Shown here piece by piece: positions 52,880 through 64,000 of a DNA stretch of 64,000 nt. Made by a program: the position numbers and the translations under genes. The notes under the pieces were generated by a model that saw only the letters and a program-made list of their open reading frames with translations, ran no database searches and had not been told where the DNA came from. Position 1 is the stretch's first letter. Each line of letters starts with the position of its first letter. Source of the DNA: Eledone cirrhosa (lineage: Eukaryota). The DNA lies in the NCBI GenBank assembly GCA_964016885.1, contig OZ024743.1:286688001-286752000 (forward strand). The letters run 5' to 3'.

Positions 52880-54720
52880 TCACGAAAATAACATGGAACT
52901 TAGACGATATTCTTCCAAATATCCAAAAGAGAAGCAAAATATAGAGAGAACGATGATTAAACAATGACTATATTGAAGTGTTATATACATTCTATATAGC
53001 CACACTGCACCCCCAAAACACAAACATCATAAAAGAAACATATTAGTTATGGAGGAAAGGGATCAAAGATGTAAGGAAAAATGTATGCGCAAAGGAGAGG
53101 CTATAATCTCCAAAATCTAAATAGACAAACTTATATACAGAATACACACTGAAAATAAAACAAAATATCTAACCAAGCAAAATAACGAGCTACAAACGAA
53201 AATAAAACAACAAAACATACACTTCCCAAAACACATAAATCCTTACAAAAGATAGAAAGGAACACAACATAAGCAATCACATATACAATAGGAGAGAACT
53301 GAAACCAAAGTGAAATTACTATTATGCAAGAAACAGACAGTATTGTAGAGCAAATAAAAAACACACAGAGAAACAAAAAACCAAAATGCAAGAAGGCAAA
53401 GACCACAGAAACACCACAAAATGCACAACCACAATAAAAATAGACAGTCAGTTCAACACCTAACAACAAACACACACTATGACAAATCCAACATAATCAA
53501 TATTGAGGTAGAATTTACTAAAGCAATAAAGAAAATGAAAGAGAATTTCACAAAATCAATAATCAAGAATCAGCATAAATACCTCTCCAAACTACAGAGG
53601 AATAAACACTTCTATGAAAGAATATATAATAATAATAAAGTTCTCCAAGAATTGATGCTCATCATAACAGACTTCCTGAATATCAAGAGATTGAATAACT
53701 TGATCTGTTCAGTCGTGGTAACGATATCAAGAGAAACTACACTTGAGCCTAACAGGGAAAATAACCCAGTCGAATTATAAACCCTAAAATGGAAAGAAAA
53801 TATAACATGCTACAAAGGAAAGATCTATCCTTACTATGTGAACAAGAAAGAAAGAAATCCAAAAGAAAAAAAAAAAAAAAGGCCCAAATAATAAAAGGAC
53901 ACCTTAAAAACAAAAGAAAAACTCAAGCAGAGTATAACAGCAAAAATATACACCATAAAACATTAAGAAAGGCACAAATTTGTCTACCAAAAAAAACCCC
54001 AAAGAATTTGAGGTGAATATCAATCGATTCTACAGGAACATCAACAAAGGAAAATATATAACTATAGAAAATATACCAGTAATAGACAGAGCAGAGAAAT
54101 TTAACACAACACAAAAATCACAATGGCTAAGAAGGAAATCACTCACATATTGAGAACTACTAGAAACTGAAAAACATCAGGAATGGACATGGCCCCCAAC
54201 TTCTGGCTGAAACACCCACCAATACCCATGGATACGTGACAACAACATTTAATGAAATGCTAAGCAGACAAGAAACAACACCTAACTGAATGCTGAAGGG
54301 GGAAACCACTCTAATCCCATTAAATAAAACCTACAAAACACTAAAAAAATTATAGATCAATATTATGCCTACCAACAACATACAGAATCCTCACATCAAC
54401 AACATGCAACTAGTTTGTTATACGTTTGGAAAACAGCAATGTGCTACCAGAAGAATGAAAAGGGTGCTGGAAAGGGAGGTATGGCTGTAAAAAGAGGTAA
54501 AAAAAAAACCTCAGTATAGCCTGGATTGACTCCCAGAAGGCTTTTGATAGCATTCCACACTCATAGATGATGGAGTCAATCCACAAAAATAAAGTAGCCC
54601 CAATTCTGCTCAGATATTATAGTCATGTTATGACAAAATGGAAAACCACCAAAGCCCTAAAAAATAGGGAAAAAGCCATAAAAACGAACCCTACAACCAT
54701 AAAAAAAGGAATTTTCCCTT
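52880..54720 (+). mobile_element. R4/Dong-type LINE 5' region and RT, decayed
   Basis: A-rich decayed ORF with GETTLIP, NYRSILCLPTTYRILTS and LSIAWIDSQKAFDSIPHS. Confidence 0.72.
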
Positions 54721-55544
54721 ATGTATATAATAAAAGTGATTGCGTTTTTACACTTCCTATATTTACAAGGAAAGTGTAGCAATGCAAGAAAATGCTAAAT
54801 AATAATCTAACTTGTATAAACAAGTACAATTGAAGAAGACAGAGCATTTCAATCTTCTGGGAGGGGTCATGAAAACTGAACAGATAGATACCTAAGCCAA
54901 GGTACATACCAAATCAGTTCTGTTCTATAATAGACAACTCTGTTGAGAGATTTAATTGGTGAAGTAGGCACACACTTTTGTTTTCAATTATTGCCAATTG
55001 ATATACTGAAGCACCCAACAAAGAACAACTTATGATGCATTTGTTGGGTTGACTAATTCTTTGTGCGTAATGAAGAATTTCTGTGCTTTTATGGTGTATC
55101 AATCTTCAACATTTTCAGTTAATATAGATGCACTCACAGGAATGGCACTATAAAGAAGTATAGTAGTATTTTTAAATGGAGCAAACAACATGTTTAGGAA
55201 AAAAATCTGAAGAATTTCAAAGGTAGGTTTTAGAAACACATAGTTTTTCCACCATCAAAACAGATTTATAAATCTTTAAACTGTAGTTTAAATAAATTAT
55301 TATATTCAACTATTTTCTGAAGCAGTGGTTACTTTATTTAGTTAGTGAATACCTTTGTTCCTACAAACAAATACATCCTAAATATAGTACACTATGTAAA
55401 GTGGTTGGTGATAGAAAAGCCATCCTCTTAATATTTATTTGTATTAGCCTGTTTTGCTCAAAGGTTTTCACACCATCCTATAGTTTTGCATGCAAGGTAG
55501 AATGATCGACTGTGAGAATTTTCAGGTTGTGGGGATCAATTCCT

Positions 55545-55576
<32 letters not shown>

Positions 55577-56009
55577 ATATATATATACATACATATTTAT
55601 ATATACATATACTCTTTTTCTACTATATAAGGATTAATCTAATATATATCTTAATTGCACTGTATCGTTTGCTATGTTGTTTTCCATTTACTGTTCACAC
55701 ACATATATACATACATATATGCATGGATTTGCTTTTAATCATAAGTTGAACACTATTTTTATATTAGTTTGATTTGTATGTCTTTTGCATCGCTTCTTGG
55801 TTATTCACATAACTAATCTTGTTGAGTGCTTTATCATGTATTCAGTTCCTTGAATTCCTGCCAATGTCTTTTCTTCTCAATGCCTGATTTTAACCAGCCT
55901 CCTCTTTATAAGGTCACATGCTGCTGCTGCTGTCTGACACTGCTATCATTACATGTCAGCTAGAATTTACCAGTTATTCAGATACATTTCCTGTTGGATT
56001 TTAAGCTGA

Positions 56010-56139
56010 ATACCTACTGACGAAATGTAGCTCAGGTTATGTAATATATGGCAATATTACATGACTTCTGTGAGTAGCACTTGCTGATACAACTATTACA
56101 CACGGACTGTAATGTTGAAACTGCTGGCAGTTTGGGTGT
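56010..56139 (+). ncRNA. Type I hammerhead ribozyme with long stem II insertion
   Basis: ATACCTA-CTGACGA-[about 93 nt]-GAAA-CTGC tg GCAGTT-TGGGTGT. GUU triplet; lies in a microsatellite-flanked non-coding module at about 55610-56300. Confidence 0.7.
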
Positions 56140-56334
56140 ATTTGGTAAACCCACTCAAAGCCATTTTATTTACTTATTAACAAAATCTGTCCCGTCTGAA
56201 TTATAAATTGGTATTTACAACATACAATTCTTATAAAATAATTGGTTTAGTAAATAAGGGTTGGAGCTATAAAGCTTCTATCCAATTAGTTTTGTTAAAC
56301 TATATATATAGAGAGATATAGATATAGACAGATA

Positions 56335-56534
56335 TCAAAATAGAACCAGTTTAAAAATAGTTAAACCATTACTCAACAGAGTACTCGATACTTAGGGTAG
56401 TAGAGTATGGCTATATTATAAAGAGTCAGGACCTGATATCTGAGATCTTGCCATTTCAACAGCTAATTCCAGACTGAAACTAACTGTTGAAATAGCAAAA
56501 GCTCAGCCATTGGGTCCTGACTCTTTATAATATA
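56335..56534. mobile_element. Decayed PLE-type fold-back module
   Basis: 22-bp perfect arms at 56412-56433 and 56513-56534, motif GTATCGAGTAC on the minus strand at 56381-56391, microsatellite flanks. Confidence 0.55.
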
Positions 56535-56587
56535 TAGATACATACATATATATACACACATATATATAAATGTATATGTATATATGT

Positions 56588-59500
56588 ATCATCATCATCA
56601 TTATCATCATCGTTTAACGTCCATCTTCCACGCTTGCATGGGTTTGGACGGGAGTTTTCCCACTTGAGGCAAGATTTGTTGTCCTGCTCGTATAGGACTG
56701 TTTGGTGGGTTTTCTATGGTTGGATGCCCTTCTTAACACCAACCACGTTTACAGTGTGGACTGGGAGGTTTTTACCGTGTTACCTACATGGCCACATTAC
56801 AGCGCCAAAGATCTCAGTCCAGTGACATTGTCTTGGAGAGGTGTAAGTGTGTGAGGTCGGAATTTATCAAGTCGTCCCAGGTTTTTCTGGGTCTGCCTAC
56901 TCCGTGGCTACCATCTATTTTTATTGCCCTGCACTTTTTTATACAGCTGTCGTTTTCCATGTGCATCACGTGACCATACCAACGTAGCCTTCTGTCGAGT
57001 AAACAACATCTGATCCCTCTTATTTCTAATTTTTCCCTTAGTTCATTTATGCTTTGCCGTTCACGTATATTACTATTACACATCCAGCGGAGCATGCAAG
57101 CTTCGTTCCTCTCCAGTCTGCGTATATCCTCTGCACACAATGCCCAGGTCTCACTGCCATGTAACATTGCTGTTCGTATGCAGGCATTATACAGCCTGCC
57201 TTTCATTTTTAGAGAGAACCCTTTAGCGGCTAGTAGTGGTATAAGCTCTCTGAACTTTTTCCATCCAGTTCTGACTCTAGCTACTGTACTTTCAGAGCAC
57301 CCTCCACCACTGCTGATTTTGTCACCCAAGTAACGGAAGCTGTCCACTATTTCTATAGAACCATCTGTGCAATGGAATGAGCTAGTATTCTGTGGGCACT
57401 TGCTGCTACTTATTGCACCAGAGCACCGGCCACATATAAAATCTATATTCTTAGTTAGCTTACCTGTGATCCCACTACATCTTTTATGCACCCATACTTT
57501 GCATTTGGGACATAAAATGGAGTTTCTGACTACTCCTTTCCTACACACTGAGCATGGCCATTTCCCGGATGGGACCGGTGCCCTATTTTCCTTCCTACAA
57601 ACTAGAACTTTAGTCTTAGACAGGTTAATTTTAAGGCCTTTTGATTCTAGGCCATGCTTCCATGTTTGGAATTTCTTCTCTAGTTCAGCCATTGATTCAG
57701 CTATGAGCGTTAGATCATCTGCGTATAGGAGTTCCCATGGGCAGCCGGTCTTGAACTCCACTGTTATAGCCTGAAGGGCAATAATAAATAGTAGGGGGCT
57801 AAGAAAGGAGCCCTGATGAACATCAACTTTTACGCTAAACTCTTCACTATATTCATTGTTAATTCTAACCTTGCTGACTGTTTCTTTATACATGGCTTGT
57901 ATAGCTCTCATAAGCCATTCATCAACACCTAGTTTTCTAAGAGCCCACCAGATAATGGAACGGGGGACTCTGTCAAAGGCTTTCTCCAAGTCGACAAAAG
58001 CTAAGTATAGGGGTTTACCTTTAGCTAGGTACTTCTCCTGTAGTTGTCGTACAATGAAAAGAGCGTCTGTGGTACTTTTACCTGACACAAACCCGAACTG
58101 CATTTCATCTAGATCAATTCGCTCTCTGATTAGTTGCGCTATTACTTTTTCCGTGACCTTCATGACCTGGTCGATTAATTTAATGCCTCTATAGTTACCC
58201 CTATCTAGGGCATCTCCTTTACCCTTGTAGAAGTTAATGATGATGTTGCTACGCCAGTCCTTCGGAACAACCCCATTCTGTACGACTTGGTTTACTATCC
58301 GGGTGACCATAGTGTGTCCCACCGTTCCAGAAGCTTTCAGCATTTCAGCAACTATTTCCAAAGGCCCAGCCGCCTTACCCGTCTTCATATCTTTGATTGC
58401 CTTACTTATTATACTACCTTCGACTAACACTGCTGGTCCCTCTATTGGATCGATGTGGGGGAGACTGTCTTTCTCTCATTTATTCTCCTCATTTAGTAGC
58501 CTTTGGTAGTGACACTTCCAAGCTACCTTCTTATCAGTGTCATTGATGGCAAGTACACCATCATCATTAAGGACACACTTCTCCTCGACAATATCACGGC
58601 TTTCCTTGACACATTGCCTAGCAATCCTGAACACCTCACGTTTTTGGTCCTCGCGTTGTAGAACATGCTTGAACTTTCTTTCCTCTGCTTTCCTTCTTGC
58701 AAAGTACACTTGTCTCCTAGCTTCCCTCCTGGCCACTTGATAGTCTTCTCTACTTCCCCCATCCCGCCATACTTTCCAAGCCTGCTTTTTGGCCTTAATT
58801 GACCCCTCCACCTTACTGTTCCACCACCACGTTACTCTCCTCCTGCCTATAGGCCTGCTCCAGCCACAGACTTCATCTGCCGCCATCAACAGGTTTGCTT
58901 TCAGGAATTCCCACTGTTCTTCTATATTGTACGACTCTAATTGCTCTTCCTTACTGTCAAAAGCATCAAGTATTATGCTTTAAAATTTATTACTGGCTGT
59001 GGGGTCCTTTAACTTCCATATTTTTCTCCAGAGGATAGTCCTCTTCTGTTGTCGAGTACGTCTCGTCCTGACTATGAGGTCGCTAATTATGAGTCTATGT
59101 TGAGAGGTGCATTCTTCATGGGGGAGGGATTTAGTGTTTACAACAGACACTCTGTCACGTCTTCTGGTAAGGATATAATCTACCTGGCTGGTATATTCCC
59201 CTGATCTGTAGGTGATCAAGTGATTGTCTCGTTTTTTAAAGTTAGTGTTACAGATAGTTAGGTTATTTGCGTCACAGAATTCCAGGATTCTGGAGCCTTC
59301 CTCATTTCTAGTACCAAACCCATAGCCTCCATGGATTCCATCATAGCCGTCACAATGTTGTCCAACGTGACCATTTAGGTCGCGAGCAATAATTATATAG
59401 TCACTTCGGTTTTTTGGGAGGTAGTTAGCATCAGTGTCTCATAGAATCTGTCTTTTATAGCGCCAGGCAGTCCGGATTGGGGTGCGTACGCATATATTAC

Positions 59501-59940
59501 TGTCACAGTAGTTCTATTTAGAACAAGTCTTATTTTAATTATTCTGTCGTTCACTCTATTTACGTCTATTATCTTATCCACCCATTTTTCTGCTAACATG
59601 ATTCCTACCCCACCCAGCCCATTGTCATTTCCCACCCAGAAAAGTTTATAGCATTGTTTTTTACCCACAATGAATCTAGCAGACCCACCCCTCCACCTGG
59701 TCTCTTGGATACAGCAAACATCAACCTCCTTACGTTCAAGCATTTCTACAACCTCGTTAGAGCGACCTTTTAAGGTGCCTACATTCATGGTACCAACTCT
59801 GAAGTTTTGGATTGCGTTTGGTGGGTGGGAACGGTGGGGCGCGGGGAGGGGTGAGGCGGATGGGGTTGGGGTTATGTTGGCCATCCGCGGCCGAAACAAA
59901 GAGGAGGAGTCCTTGCCCTTTCGTCCGGCAGCATGAGGTG
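56588..59940 (-). mobile_element. Near full-length RTE-clade LINE (APE-RT-PHD-like finger), inactivated
   Basis: APE motifs GTMNVGTL, IQETRW, YAPQ, DLNGH, VDYIL, SQHRL; RT motifs NYRGIKL, FVDLEKAFD, HQGSFLSP, YADD. One frameshift near 59400, in-frame stops at 58980 and 58476, a 216-bp 3' deletion and an (ATG)n tail. Confidence 0.92.
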
Positions 59941-59965
59941 AATATATATTCATATATATATATAT

Positions 59966-61032
59966 ATCATCATCATCATCATCATCATCGTTTAACGTCC
60001 ATCTTCCACGCTTGCATGGGTTTGGACGGGAGGTTTCCCACTTGAGGCAAGATTTGTTGTCCTGCTATAGGACTGTCTGGCGGGTTTTCTACGGCTGGAT
60101 GCCCTTCCTAACACCAACCACGTTTACAGTGTGGACAGGGAGGTTTTTACCGTGTTACCTACACGGCCACATTACAGCGTGGACTGTGTGTTTTTTTGTC
60201 GTGACACCTACACGACCTCATTTGTTTCGGACTGGATGTTGTGGTACCAACATAACTTCACATTTAAGGGGGTGGTGTGGATGGGGTGGGGGTAGTGGGA
60301 CAGGGGGTGGGGGTGTATTTTGTTAGAGGTGCCTACTGACTGTAGGTTTCGCTTTGTACTTAGGCAAGGCGGGTCTTCTGTATGACTGTGTAGCGCCAAA
60401 GATCTCGGTCCAGTGACATTGTCTTGGAGAGGTGTAAGTGTGTGAGGTCGGAATTTATCAAGTCGTCCCAGGTTTTTCTGGGTCTGCTTACTCCGTGGCT
60501 ACCGTCTATTTTTATCGCCCTGCACGTTTTTATACAGCTGTCGTTTTCCATGTGCATCACGTGACCATACCAACGTAGTCTTCTGTCGAGTAAACAACAT
60601 CTGATCCCTCTTATTTCTAATTTTTCCCTTAGTTCATTTATGCTTTGCCGTTCACGTATATTACTATTACACATCCAGCGGAGCATGCAAGCTTCGTTCC
60701 TCTCCAGTCTGCGTATATCCTCTGCACACAATGCCCAGGTCTCACTGCCATGTAACATTACTGTTCGTATGCAGGCATCATACAGCCTGCCTTTCATTTT
60801 TAGAGAGAACCCTTTAGCGGCCAATAGTGGTATAAGCTCTCTGAACTTTTTCCATCCCGCTCTGACTCTAGCTACTGTACTTTCAGAGCACCCTCCCCCA
60901 CTGCTGATTTTGTCACCCAGGTAACGGAAGGTGTCCACTATTTCTATAGTACCATCTGTGCAATGGAATGAGCTAGTATTCTGTGGGCACTTGCTGCTAC
61001 TTATTGCACCAGAGCACCGGCCACATATAAAA

Positions 61033-61035
<3 letters not shown>
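59966..61035 (-). mobile_element. 5'-truncated RTE LINE, same family
   Basis: ORF 60360-60938 is near-identical to the C-terminus of the 56814-58430 ORF; complete 3' UTR and (ATG)n tail. Confidence 0.9.
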
Positions 61036-61068
<33 letters not shown>

Positions 61069-61185
61069 AGCGAAGAGATATTTAATTTGTTGGTAATTCA
61101 ATAAATATATTTGTAACAGATTCGAAGCACTCGACAAGTTTTCTGGAGTATAATATCAATGATATTAATAAATGGAAACCATATT

Positions 61186-61246
61186 TATTCTATTATATAT
61201 ATTTCAAGGGTACCAAAACTTTAGTACGCTCTCATCAGATAAAATA
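61186..61246 (-). ncRNA. Type I hammerhead ribozyme, same family as the PLE 3' end
   Basis: Minus strand: TATTTTAT-CTGATGA-GAGcGTACTAaagtttTGGTACcCTT-GAAA-TATATATA-ATAGAATA, overlapping AATAAA. Flank 61161-61205 aligns with 44502-44561. Confidence 0.85.
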
Positions 61247-61599
61247 CAAAATTTGTTTTATAAATAGTGACATACCCAGGAATCAGACCTTAACAGTTCA
61301 GGTTCCATTTGAATATCCACCTTTGGATGGCCGGCTTTGCCATATTCAAATAAAAAAAGTTGGCAGGTGAACTGTACTGATGAAGGGTAATGTCCAAAAA
61401 CATTAGTGTCTGCAGTTCTGTTTACATGCCAACACAAGAGCAAGAATGAGGGGCTCATTCTACTGACATGGCTTTAAAAAAGAGGCTGTTTGCATAATTG
61501 CAAACAAATCGAATATTGTTATTAATATTCTAAAAACTCAGATTACATTTATTGTATTCAGCCATGTAGAGCGAACATTTAAAAAAAAAAAGAAAGGCA

Positions 61600-62250
61600 T
61601 GTTCAATGGTCAAATATTGTGAAAAATGTTGAATTTGCCCAGGTATTTCAGGTATATCAACAAGAATATCAGCAATTCAATGAGGAGGGCCATTGACATT
61701 CAGCTCAATATTTTGGAGTCGACCATCAGACGTGTGGTGTACAAAGACATCAGGTACAAATCTCATGTTATGAAAAGAAGCAGTTCACATCTGATAAGAT
61801 TTGGAAGAACTATGTGATCTAGGTGAAGCATTTGCTGAATAAACACAAGCACCTTGAGGAGCTCAACATGCTCTGGTTCTTCTCAGATGAGTAGAACTTT
61901 GTTCACGATCAAAGGGTGGATAGGAGGAATGATAGATAGTTTAAGAAAAAGCTCAGACAAGGCCTTTCATTTTCCACCAACATTCTACTCTTTCTCACAC
62001 AGCTTGCATGCCCCAGGTGTGGAGGGCTGAACATTTTCATGATCATGATACCCCTAACATTTGGCCTTCTAACTCTCCTAATTTAACCCCTTTGGACTAC
62101 TATGTCTGGGGAATTGAAAGGGATACCACAATACTAAGGATTCACTGATGTCTGCTTTCGGGGACATTATGGCCAACATGAATAAAGATCACCTGAAAAA
62201 TGCATGTAGTTGAAGCGGTATTGAGGCTGATGGTGGTTTTATTAAATAAT
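61600..62250 (+). mobile_element. Tc1/mariner (maT/DD37D-like) transposase remnant
   Basis: STIRRVVYKDIRYKS, WFFSDE, WPSNSPNL.PLDYYVWG and EADGGFIK-stop across frames. Confidence 0.8.
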
Positions 62251-62467
62251 CTTTTGCTATGTGTATGCAAGAATATGTTGCTTTGTTTCTAATAAATATA
62301 ACTGTTTTCCTTAAATCAAAATTTTGTTTTCAAATAGCTGACACACACACTCACACCTTATATATATATATATATATATAAGGTCCATATAGACATATAC
62401 ATATGTCCCAAGGCTCTGATACCATCAACACTATAAACACAGAACTGGCATATCTAAGAACTGACTA

Positions 62468-62529
62468 ACTGTCTGATGAGGTCATAGCCATTCAATGGCT
62501 ATCATCGAAATATATATATATATAGCAGT
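62468..62529 (+). ncRNA. Type I hammerhead ribozyme with (TA)7 stem III in a solo pseudo-LTR-like module
   Basis: ACTGT-CTGATGA-GGTcATAGCCAttcaaTGGCTATcATC-GAAA-(TA)7-GCAGT, followed by AAATAAA. The module at about 62381-62574 is flanked by (TA)n on both sides. Confidence 0.85.
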
Positions 62530-63181
62530 AAATAAAGGATTATGAGTTTATGCAATTGACTCATGTTTCGTCACTATATATATATATGGGGGTGGTGTAG
62601 GTGTATGTGTGTGTGTGCAAATAAAATTTGATTTGAAACAGTAATGTAAATTAATGTGTATCAGCATGGACATATGTGTATATATAGATATAGAATTAAT
62701 CTACGTATAATATAAAAACCTATTTTCATAGATCTCCTTGTAAATCAAAATAAACTAAATTACATTTATTTCATAAGATAGATAAATAAATAAAAAATTT
62801 AGTGGGGAAAATTGAAATTGATAAATGCTAAATGTTAAAATGATACCAATATGTACTATGACTATGAAAACAAGGTCTATTATCTTCAACTACTTAGTAG
62901 GTGACTAAAGAGTTCGGAAGCTCAAATAATGTTGTATTGAGAAAATAATGGCTTCTTGCTGTTAGGAAAATTATAATCAATAGTAAAACATTATGTCAAT
63001 CAGTCATGCTATAATGATGATGTTAACAACAATAACAACAATAGCAACAATAACATCAACAACAACAACAGTAGCAACACTAAGATCAACAACAGTAACA
63101 ACAGTAGTAACAATAACAACAACAGGGACCAAAGCAGCAGCAATAACAACAGCAATAGCAGCATCAGTATCCTACACTAAT

Positions 63182-63990
63182 GATTTCTAGTATAGGCATA
63201 AGGCCAGCAATTTGGGGGAGGGGAAAGTCAATTAAATCGAACCTAGTGCATTACTGGTGCTTTATTTTATCAATCCCACAAGGATGTAAGGCAAAGCTAA
63301 CCTCGACAGGATTTGAGCTCAGCGCATAAAGGGTCTTAACTCTATGCTGAAAAGCATGGTGTCTGACACTCTACCGATCCTGCCAATCTACAGCAGTAAT
63401 AACAATAATGGTTTCTGGTTTAGGCACAAGGCCAGCAATTTGGGTGAGGGGAAAAGCTGATGAAATTAACCGCAGTACATGTTACTTTATGGATCGAGAA
63501 TGGAAGAATGAAAGGAAAATTGACTTCTGCAGGATTTAAATTCAGAACATAAGAAGCTGGAAAAAGTACCACAAAGCATTCCTCCAATGGTCCAATGATT
63601 ATGCCAAATCCTAACAAAAACAACAATAATACCAATAGCAAAAACATGAACAAAAATTCCAACATCTATTTTAACAATAACAACAAAACAACCATTAATA
63701 ATACCAAAAGTAATAATATTAATAAAAACAATCACAATAACAAGAGCAATACCAATATCAACATTGTCAACAACTACGGCAATAGCAACATATATATATT
63801 GATTTCTTATATAAACATAATACCACAAATTTAGAGAGTGGGAACAGTTAAATATATCTTTCCTAGCTCTTGACTTATCTTATCAACCCCTAGAAGGATG
63901 AATGGAAAAGTTGACAATAGTAGGATTTGATTTCAGATCATAAAGATCAGAAACTAGATACTGCATGGCATTTCTCTTCTGCTCTAACAA
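63182..63990 (-). mobile_element. Three diverged family A SINE copies among (AAC/AAT)n repeats
   Basis: Core and B-box remnants at about 63182-63388, 63410-63610 and 63825-63990. Confidence 0.75.
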
Positions 63991-64000
63991 CCAAGTCTTT

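Noticed and set aside
59800-59940. HDV-like ribozyme at the RTE 5' end
   Set aside because: No nested double pseudoknot could be built by eye, and the copy may be truncated before the true 5' UTR.

Overview
AT-rich, repeat-dense eukaryotic DNA; the SINE, RTE and MITE repertoire suggests an octopod cephalopod (inference, not verified). The only host gene found is the 3' part of a minus-strand synaptotagmin of the Syt3/5/6/9/10 group: three C2B exons at 43508-43628, 32282-32453 and 31349-31583, with upstream exons apparently beyond the window. The rest is mobile DNA. It includes a Penelope-like element (PLE) with an uninterrupted 741-aa RT + GIY-YIG ORF and a hammerhead ribozyme (HHR) in its 3' end, inserted in (TA)n. 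Seven further well-formed and several decayed type-I HHR motifs lie in short non-coding PLE-style modules with inverted or partial-tandem structure. Also present: RTE LINEs with an internal PHD-like finger and a partner tRNA-derived SINE, a second Deu/Nin-like SINE family, R4/Dong, CR1/L2-like, Tx1-like and Gypsy remnants, a hAT element with TIRs and an 8-bp TSD, Helitron-like, mariner and piggyBac-like elements, and a 3.9-kb 24-bp satellite. The best candidate system is the PLE plus its HHR modules, several of them sense-oriented inside synaptotagmin introns. All folds and alignments were read by eye.
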